Positions 57,675 through 64,000 of a stretch of DNA of 64,000 bases are shown in pieces. The notes beneath the pieces are model-generated. The model did no database searches. It had not been told where the DNA came from and was given only the letters and a program-made list of their open reading frames with translations. Positions within the stretch are counted from its first letter, which is position 1. Every line of letters begins with the position of its first letter. The stretch lies in the NCBI GenBank assembly GCA_022775905.1, contig JALFJX010000037.1:83-64082 (forward strand). The letters run 5' to 3'. This DNA is from Methanobrevibacter sp. GTDB lineage: Archaea > Methanobacteriota > Methanobacteria > Methanobacteriales > Methanobacteriaceae. A program made the translations under genes and the position numbers.

Positions 57675-58358
57675 ATGAGTTTACTTGAAATTAAAAATCT
57701 TAAAAAAAGCTTTGGAGATAATGTTGTATTAAAAGATATTTCCCTTAAAGTTGAAAGAGGTGAAGTATTGTCAATTATTGGTCCATCCGGATCAGGTAAA
57801 TCAACATTGCTCAGATGTATCACAGATCTTGAACAGGAAGATAGTGGTATAATCAATTTTGATGGGACATTTGGATTGGTTTTCCAAAATTTTAATTTAT
57901 TCCCGCATCATTCTGTTATTAAAAATATTACAAATGCTCCTTTAAGAGTCCAAAAAAGAGATAAAACAGAAGTATTTGACCATGCTCGTCAATTGCTTAA
58001 GAAAATGGGCCTTGAAGACAAGGAAAATGCATACCCTTGTGAATTATCCGGTGGTCAACAGCAAAGGGTTTCAATTGCAAGAGCACTTGCAATGAATCCT
58101 GACATATTATTCTTTGATGAACCTACCTCAGCACTTGATCCAGAATTGACTGGAGAAATCTTGGAAGTAATTAAACAGTTAGCTGCTGATAAAATGACAA
58201 TGGTTATTGTTACTCACGAGATGAATTTTGCTCGTAAAGTTTCTGATTCAATTATATTCATGGAAAATGGTGTGATTGTTGAAGAAGGTTCACCTGAAGA
58301 AGTATTTGCATCCGACAATAAACGTATGCAAGAGTTCCTCGGTAAATTCAATGATTAA
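57675..58358 (+). CDS. amino acid ABC transporter ATP-binding protein (short form)
   Basis: Walker [11 protein letters not shown]-loop [11 protein letters not shown], signature LSGGQQQRV, Walker [13 protein letters not shown] and H-loop VTHEM. About 15 aa shorter than GlnQ-type ATPases between the DG and GxVFQ motifs. Confidence 0.9.
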   Translation: MSLLEIKNLKKSFGDNVVLKDISLKVERGEVLSIIGPSGSGKSTLLRCITDLEQEDSGIINFDGTFGLVFQNFNLFPHHSVIKNITNAPLRVQKRDKTEVFDHARQLLKKMGLEDKENAYPCELSGGQQQRVSIARALAMNPDILFFDEPTSALDPELTGEILEVIKQLAADKMTMVIVTHEMNFARKVSDSIIFMENGVIVEEGSPEEVFASDNKRMQEFLGKFND

Positions 58359-58462
58359 ATTTTTAATTTAATCTTACTTTTTTTATTTATTTTTATATTA
58401 AACATATTTTTCCAAAAAATTTAATTGTTATTATCAAATAATCTATAATCAATGGTGATAAC

Positions 58463-60004
58463 TTGTCAAAAATGGAAAATAATGATGTAGATTGTCTTGT
58501 TATTTCTTACTATTTCCCTCCACGTTTAGAAACTAGTGGTCTTGTAGTTGCAAGAAAGATAATGGAAAAGAATCTTCATGTTGATGTAATTCAAAGCTCA
58601 TATGATAAATCTTCTGATTTTAATGAAATAATTGACAAATATGTTAATGAGAGATTTCCAATTGACATTAAATCCAAACCCGATTATATACCATTTATTT
58701 TTGAATATATTAATTTGGGATTAAAATCTATTAAAAAGAACTATAACAAAATTTATAGCAGATCATATATCTATTCAAACCATTTTTTGGCTTTGGAATA
58801 TAAGTTCAATAATCCTGATGTTGAATGGACTGCAGAATTCTCAGATCCATTGCTTTTAAATCTATATGACGGGAAAATCAAAAATTATCCAAGAGTTATC
58901 CTTGACAACCCAGATTATATCAAAAAACTCAATGAGAAAATAGCCAACTTCAACAAATCCAATAATACTCATTTTAAGGATTTGGATAATCCAAGTAACA
59001 CATTCTTCATTGCAGAATATCTGACATTCATATTTGCAGATAAGATAATATTTACAAATGAAAATCAAAGAGAAGTAATGCTTTCAGTTTATGATGATGA
59101 AATAAGGCAAATTGTGGAAAACAAATCCATTTTTGAGGTTCATCCAACAATTGACAGTGAATTTTATGACTACAAAGACTGCGGACTGGAATTGGATGAC
59201 AATTATATCAATATTGCATACTTTGGTACTTACTACTACATCAGACACTTTGAACCATTATTCTATGCATTTGAAGCATTGAATCACAAATATAAAGATA
59301 AGATTAAATTTTATTTCTTTACAGAACGTGACGAATTATTGAAGATATCAACAGAGAACCTGAAGATTTCAGACAATCTGATTATTGAAAAACCATTAAA
59401 TTACTTTGAATTCTTAAATGCAACCACAAAATTTGATATTTTACTTATTAATGACACAATTACTAAAGGCAATTTCAAAGTAAATCCATTCCTTCCATCC
59501 AAATATTCCGATTATATTGGTTCTGGATCAGACATTTGGGGAATTTGTGAAGATGACAGTATATTATCTAAAAAGGAATTCAAATATAAATCTTCCATGA
59601 CGGACTATAAAAGTTCCTGTGATGTTTTGATTAGTATCTTAAATGACAATGGATATGAAGACTCTGATTGTTTCTTTGAAGATAACATATATGAAAAAAG
59701 AATAAACGAGCTCAACTGGAGATTCGGACTTGAGTTTGATGAGAGAAGAAAATATTATAATCAATCCATTAAACTAAAGGAGAATAATACTAAATTACGC
59801 AGCGAAAAACAAATCTTATTTGACAAAAAAGAGAAGCTCAAATCCAAAAATGATATTTTAAGACAAAAGAATGAGAATCTTAAAAATAAAAATGAGCAGC
59901 TTAAAAAAGAAAATAAGCTACTTAAAGCTAAATATGATGAAATTATTAATTCAAACAGTTGGAAGATTACAGAACCATTGAGAAAATTTAAAAAGAACAA
60001 ATAG
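58463..60004 (+). CDS. putative glycopolymer-biosynthesis protein with C-terminal coiled coil and S-x-S-W-K-x-T-x-P-L-R motif
   Basis: 513 aa with a TTG start. The N-terminal about 400 aa are a globular alpha/beta domain (CLVISYYFPPRLETSGLVVARK..). Residues about 430-495 are K/N/L heptad-rich, followed by NSNSWKITEPLRKF, a motif I recall at the C-termini of O-antigen/rhamnan-type glycosyltransferase-associated proteins. Confidence 0.5.
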   Translation: MSKMENNDVDCLVISYYFPPRLETSGLVVARKIMEKNLHVDVIQSSYDKSSDFNEIIDKYVNERFPIDIKSKPDYIPFIFEYINLGLKSIKKNYNKIYSRSYIYSNHFLALEYKFNNPDVEWTAEFSDPLLLNLYDGKIKNYPRVILDNPDYIKKLNEKIANFNKSNNTHFKDLDNPSNTFFIAEYLTFIFADKIIFTNENQREVMLSVYDDEIRQIVENKSIFEVHPTIDSEFYDYKDCGLELDDNYINIAYFGTYYYIRHFEPLFYAFEALNHKYKDKIKFYFFTERDELLKISTENLKISDNLIIEKPLNYFEFLNATTKFDILLINDTITKGNFKVNPFLPSKYSDYIGSGSDIWGICEDDSILSKKEFKYKSSMTDYKSSCDVLISILNDNGYEDSDCFFEDNIYEKRINELNWRFGLEFDERRKYYNQSIKLKENNTKLRSEKQILFDKKEKLKSKNDILRQKNENLKNKNEQLKKENKLLKAKYDEIINSNSWKITEPLRKFKKNK

Positions 60005-60015
60005 AAGGTTATTGC

Positions 60016-60996
60016 ATGGTAAAGATTTCAGTTATATTAACCGCTTTCAATGAAGAGAAATATATCAAAAAAGCTATTGAAAGCATATTAAATCAGACAT
60101 TAACAGATTTGGAATTGATTGTTGTTAATGACGGATCAACAGACAATACACTGGATATCATCAATAGCTTTGACGATGATAGACTCAAACTAATCAATCA
60201 TGAAAATATGGGTCCTGGAGCAAGTAGAAATAAGGCATTGACTCTTGCTGAAGGGGAATATGTAATGTATCTTGATGGTGATGACTGGTACCGTGAGGAT
60301 GCTATGGAAATTGCATATATGGAAGCAAAGGCCAAGGATACTGATTTCACATTCTACCAGATGATTAATTATGATGATAAAACGGGTGAGATTTATGAAA
60401 ATGACTGGTTTAACCTAAATATCTTTGATGAATCATTTGAAAATACCGTTTTCAACATGAATGATTTCAAGGGTTCCATTTTTGATTTGTCTGTTGGAGT
60501 GTGTCAGAAAATATACAATATTTCATTTTTAAAGAGAATTGATGCTAAGTTTCCTGAAGGAATCCTGTTTGAGGATATGCCTTTCTTTTATTATGTGCTC
60601 TTAAAAGCTGAGAAAATTTCAATTGTCAAAAAGCAGCTGTACTACAGAAGAAAGCATGAAGAGTCTATAACTAATGTTGTTGATGGGAAATTCCTTGATA
60701 CCATTCCAGCAGGTCAGGCATTAATGAGAATATTTACGGAAAATGAATGGTATGATACATACAAATTTGATTTGTTGGCCTATAAAATTAATGGACCTCG
60801 TTTTGCTTTAAGAGACATTAAAGAAAATTATAAGATTCCACTTTATGAGTTAATTAAAAAAGACTACGATTCAATTAAACAGAGCCAATATTATCAGGAC
60901 TATTTGGATAATCTTGGTCCAGTAAAGAAAAAGTTCTTCCTTGACATAATAGAATCAGAAGACTATGATGATTTTTTAAGTCTGAACTCAGAATAG
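60016..60996 (+). CDS. glycosyltransferase family 2
   Basis: Canonical motifs ISVILTAFNEEKYI, SILNQT, LIVVNDGSTDNT and YLDGDDWY. Confidence 0.85.
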   Translation: MVKISVILTAFNEEKYIKKAIESILNQTLTDLELIVVNDGSTDNTLDIINSFDDDRLKLINHENMGPGASRNKALTLAEGEYVMYLDGDDWYREDAMEIAYMEAKAKDTDFTFYQMINYDDKTGEIYENDWFNLNIFDESFENTVFNMNDFKGSIFDLSVGVCQKIYNISFLKRIDAKFPEGILFEDMPFFYYVLLKAEKISIVKKQLYYRRKHEESITNVVDGKFLDTIPAGQALMRIFTENEWYDTYKFDLLAYKINGPRFALRDIKENYKIPLYELIKKDYDSIKQSQYYQDYLDNLGPVKKKFFLDIIESEDYDDFLSLNSE

Positions 60997-61081
60997 CCAT
61001 TCTTATTAAAAAGATTACAAAACATTTTAATTAAAGTAAAAATATATTACTAATATATAAACTTTTTTAATAGGTGTATTG

Positions 61082-62053
61082 ATGAATATGACTGTCGGCG
61101 TTATTGGAGCAGGTGCCCTTGGAACTGCAATATCACAACATGTTAGCGAAAATGTATCTGAATTGTTATTGCTATTAAGAAATGAACAACTTTGCGATGA
61201 AATCAACAATTCAGGATACAATTCCCAATATTATCCAAATTTCAAATTGAATGATAATATAAAAGCAACAGTTAATATTGGTGATTTATCAGAATGCGAC
61301 ATTATTTTTTTAGCAATTCCTTCTTCTGCTTTTAGAAAAACCCTCGAAGATCTTCAGGGAACTGTGAAAAATGACGTTATTATTGTAACAACAGCAAAAG
61401 GAATTGAATACCCTTCATTAAAGACAATGGGCAATCTGATTGAAGAATATTTCGATGACAATTATGTTGCATTATCAGGGCCTAATTTTGCGTCCGAAAT
61501 AATGTTAAACTTGCCAACTGTAACCAATATTGCTTCTAAAAACTATGAAAACTCTGTTAAAGTGAAAAAAGTATTGTCAACAAAACAGTTTAAAGTTAAG
61601 ATTATCGATGACATATATGGAATCGAATTTTGCGGCATCCTGAAAAACATCAATGCAATAGCTAATGGTATCTGTGAAGGAATCAACATTAACGAGAATG
61701 CAAGATTTGCAGTATTGACTAAAGGTTTTAAGGATACAATAACAATTATTGAAGCTATTGGAGGTAAATCCGATACAGTCCATGAATATTGTGGTTTTGG
61801 AGATTTGATTTTGACTTCCACATCCCGTGAAAGTAGAAACCATACTTTAGGAGTATTATACGGCCAAAGGCTGATTATGGATGAAAGTACAATGGGAGTT
61901 TTATTTGAGGGTAAAAACTCCATCAAGGCAATTAAGGACATTTGTTCAAAAAACAATATTTGCAGCGACATTGTAAACTTCGTATATGATGTAATCATTA
62001 AAAAGGTAACACCTAAAAAAGCATTTTATAAATTATGGGACAATATTGAATAA
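61082..62053 (+). CDS. gpsA: NAD(P)H-dependent glycerol-3-phosphate dehydrogenase
   Basis: Rossmann motif VGVIGAGALGTA, plus GPNFASEI, LKNINAIANGI and GFGDLILTSTSRESRNHTLG, which matches the GpsA signature G(L/F)GDL.LT..S..SRN...G. Confidence 0.85.
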   Translation: MNMTVGVIGAGALGTAISQHVSENVSELLLLLRNEQLCDEINNSGYNSQYYPNFKLNDNIKATVNIGDLSECDIIFLAIPSSAFRKTLEDLQGTVKNDVIIVTTAKGIEYPSLKTMGNLIEEYFDDNYVALSGPNFASEIMLNLPTVTNIASKNYENSVKVKKVLSTKQFKVKIIDDIYGIEFCGILKNINAIANGICEGININENARFAVLTKGFKDTITIIEAIGGKSDTVHEYCGFGDLILTSTSRESRNHTLGVLYGQRLIMDESTMGVLFEGKNSIKAIKDICSKNNICSDIVNFVYDVIIKKVTPKKAFYKLWDNIE

Positions 62054-62065
62054 AAAGATGATTTT

Positions 62066-62833
62066 ATGATTAGTGTAATTCTATCAGCAGGAATGGGAAC
62101 CAGATTAAGGCCACTTACAGATGAAATTCCAAAACCATTACTTGAAATTAACAACCTCACATTACTTGAAAGAATGATTGGAAACTGCATGAATGCAGGA
62201 ATCCGTGAATTTATTTTAGTTGTTGGATATAAGAAAGAGAAAGTATTGGAAATTGCTCCAAAACTTGAAGATGAATTGGACATTTCAATCAAGATTATTG
62301 AAAATGAAGAATATAATGAAACCAACACATCTGTATCAACATATCTTGCAAGTTTATATATTGAAAATGAAAAACCGGATGATTTCATTTTAATCAATGG
62401 AGACAATGTAGTCGATCCCAAAATCATTGAAAGAATTGTAAAAACAGACAATACAAGTTTGATTGTAGATGATTTCAAGGATTTAAATGAAGAGTCATTC
62501 AAATTGATTTTAGACGATATGAAAACCAATGCTGATAATTCAATAGCTAACGGAATCATATCTGAAATCGGAAAAGAGATTGATATTCCATCATCTACCG
62601 GAGAATTTATAGGTGTTTCAAAGGTCATTAAAGAAGATTTACCTCATTTTAATGAAATATTATCTCAGCTAATTGACGAGGACAGGCAAAACTATTATGA
62701 TTTTGCATACAAGCCACTTTCAAGAGATACAACCATCGACTACGTGCTAACAAATGGTCTTAAATGGACTGAAATAGACGACCATAATGACTGGAAAATT
62801 GCAAATAATTTAATTGACGAATTTGAAAATTAA
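62066..62833 (+). CDS. NTP-transferase-fold nucleotidyltransferase (LicC-like phospho-alcohol cytidylyltransferase type)
   Basis: ILSAGMGTRLRPLTDEIPKPLL (G-x-G-T-R-x-P motif) and a C-terminal KWTEIDDHNDW as in LicC-type enzymes. The gene starts 12 nt after gpsA. Confidence 0.8.
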   Translation: MISVILSAGMGTRLRPLTDEIPKPLLEINNLTLLERMIGNCMNAGIREFILVVGYKKEKVLEIAPKLEDELDISIKIIENEEYNETNTSVSTYLASLYIENEKPDDFILINGDNVVDPKIIERIVKTDNTSLIVDDFKDLNEESFKLILDDMKTNADNSIANGIISEIGKEIDIPSSTGEFIGVSKVIKEDLPHFNEILSQLIDEDRQNYYDFAYKPLSRDTTIDYVLTNGLKWTEIDDHNDWKIANNLIDEFEN

Positions 62834-62889
62834 ATATTATTAACTATAACTATCAAATATATTATACATAACAATTATTTGTGATTACT

Positions 62890-64000
62890 ATGGCTTTAAT
62901 GGATAAAATCAATAACTTGAATGAATGTGCAGACAATACTGCTATTTATAAAAGTTATCATAATGATAAGATTTATGAAAATATTATCTATTTAGAGTCA
63001 AGAAACGGTTTGGATTTTACAGGAAACATTTTTAGAATTGCTGAAGAGTTATCCAATGGAAAATATGGTGATTTTAGGATATATGTATATGCAACAAAAG
63101 ACATTAAAGAAAAAATTGAATGCCTAATCAACCATTACCCTCTAAACATTACTAAAGTCATAACAGATGAAGATGAAGCAACCAAAGTATTGCATAAAGC
63201 CAAATACATTTTCACTGATTCTGGCATCAGACATAAATACATCAAAAAGCCTGGTCAAATAGTCACTAATACATGGCATGGAACTCCATTGAAATTAATG
63301 GGTTTTGACAATCCATCAGAACAGCATACTATCGGTATTATTCAAAGATCATTTTTCTTCAGTGATTATATCTTATTCCCAAATGAATATATGATGGATA
63401 AAATGTCCCATGCATACATGATTGATAAGTTCTATAAAGGAACATTTCTCCTTGAAGGTTATCCGAGAAATAGTGTTTTTTTAGAGGATAATGCTATTTT
63501 TAAAGAAAAATTAAACTTAAAAGGCAAGGAAGTCTTTGTATATATGCCTACATTCAAGGGGCTTGTTAATGACAGAAAAGATGAACAGCAAAAGAATGAT
63601 GTTGACAGGTTTTTAAGTAAATTAAACTTGAAATTAACCGATAATCAGATTTTATTTGTCAAGTTCCATCCATATAATCAGTCAAAAATCGACTTTAGCA
63701 AATATGAACATATCATGGCATATCCTACAGACTTTGAAAGTTATGATGTATTAAATGTTGCTGATGTTCTTATTACTGATTATTCCAGCGTATTTTTTGA
63801 TTTTGCAAGCACTCGCAGAAAAATCATTATATTTAACTATGATCAGGATGAATACCTAAAAGACAGAGGATTATATTTCCCTATTGAAGACTTGCCGTTT
63901 CCGAAGGTTCAAACTGTTGATGGTCTATTGGAAGAATTAAATTCACCAAAAAACTATGATGATTCTGAATTCATTGATGAATACTGCAAATATGATTCAA
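62890..64000 (+). CDS. CDP-glycerol glycerophosphotransferase family protein (TagB/TagF-like), 3' end outside window
   Basis: My translation from ATG 62890: MALMDKINNL...YLESRNGLDFTGNIFRIAEEL.., TWHGTPLKLMGFD, GYPRNSVF, ITDYSSVFFDFASTRRKIIIFNYDQDEY. The frame is open to the window end and is not in the ORF track because no stop is reached. Confidence 0.8.
   Translation, partial: MALMDKINNLNECADNTAIYKSYHNDKIYENIIYLESRNGLDFTGNIFRIAEELSNGKYGDFRIYVYATKDIKEKIECLINHYPLNITKVITDEDEATKVLHKAKYIFTDSGIRHKYIKKPGQIVTNTWHGTPLKLMGFDNPSEQHTIGIIQRSFFFSDYILFPNEYMMDKMSHAYMIDKFYKGTFLLEGYPRNSVFLEDNAIFKEKLNLKGKEVFVYMPTFKGLVNDRKDEQQKNDVDRFLSKLNLKLTDNQILFVKFHPYNQSKIDFSKYEHIMAYPTDFESYDVLNVADVLITDYSSVFFDFASTRRKIIIFNYDQDEYLKDRGLYFPIEDLPFPKVQTVDGLLEELNSPKNYDDSEFIDEYCKYDS

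Noticed and set aside
59761-60000. 79-aa minus-strand F/L/S-rich ORF
   Set aside because: It is the antisense shadow of the K/N-rich coiled-coil coding region.
61543-62628. Minus-strand ORFs of 151, 88 and 200 aa opposite gpsA and the nucleotidyltransferase gene
   Set aside because: They are fully antisense to genes with clear family signatures. Their translations are S/I/L-rich low-complexity sequence without motifs.
1-64000. CRISPR arrays, tRNA/rRNA genes, IS elements, integrases, att-like direct repeats
   Set aside because: I saw no regularly spaced direct repeats, no GC-rich structured-RNA islands, and no transposase- or integrase-like translation in the ORF track or in intergenic regions I translated by eye. 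Mobility of the island is therefore unsupported. A proper scan (tRNAscan, Infernal, ISfinder) is still advisable.

Overview
AT-rich (about 30% GC by eye) prokaryotic chromosomal segment. The TM-anchored, non-lipobox PstS, the N-x-S/T-rich anchored surface proteins, an Ig-repeat adhesin-like protein and the codon usage look Methanobacteriales-like (Methanobrevibacter/Methanosphaera type). Taxonomy cannot be proven from this window. There are three blocks. (1) 0.3-8.5 kb: phosphate-uptake locus pstS-pstC-pstA-pstB-phoU on the minus strand, two membrane-protein genes, and an HTH-PhoU fusion regulator. (2) About 8.5-31.7 kb: accessory, island-like region with many decayed genes (flavoprotein remnant, frameshifted DUF4268-type gene, restriction-modification remnant, wrecked CDF transporter). 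It also holds a DUF2779-like dual nuclease, a MazG-like pyrophosphohydrolase and TPR proteins. Its main feature is a 9.4 kb same-strand, tightly packed 11-gene cluster (20890-30280). That cluster combines an XPD/DinG-like helicase, a Zn-ribbon/TerB-like AAA+ ATPase, Zn-ribbon membrane proteins, and SseB-like, degenerate Lon-like and HExxH proteins. It is my best candidate for an undescribed conflict or stress system. (3) 31.7-64 kb: cell-envelope glycopolymer locus. It contains an Ig-repeat protein with an SGNH esterase domain, two LicD genes, three AT3 acyltransferase genes (one a pseudogene) and five tandem giant TagF-like (CDP-glycerol glycerophosphotransferase) fusion genes. It also has a GT2, gpsA, a LicC-like nucleotidyltransferase and a further TagB/F-like gene running off the window, and is interrupted by an amino-acid ABC transporter. 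I recognised no rRNA, tRNA, CRISPR array, transposase or integrase. All family calls are by-eye motif recognition with no database search.
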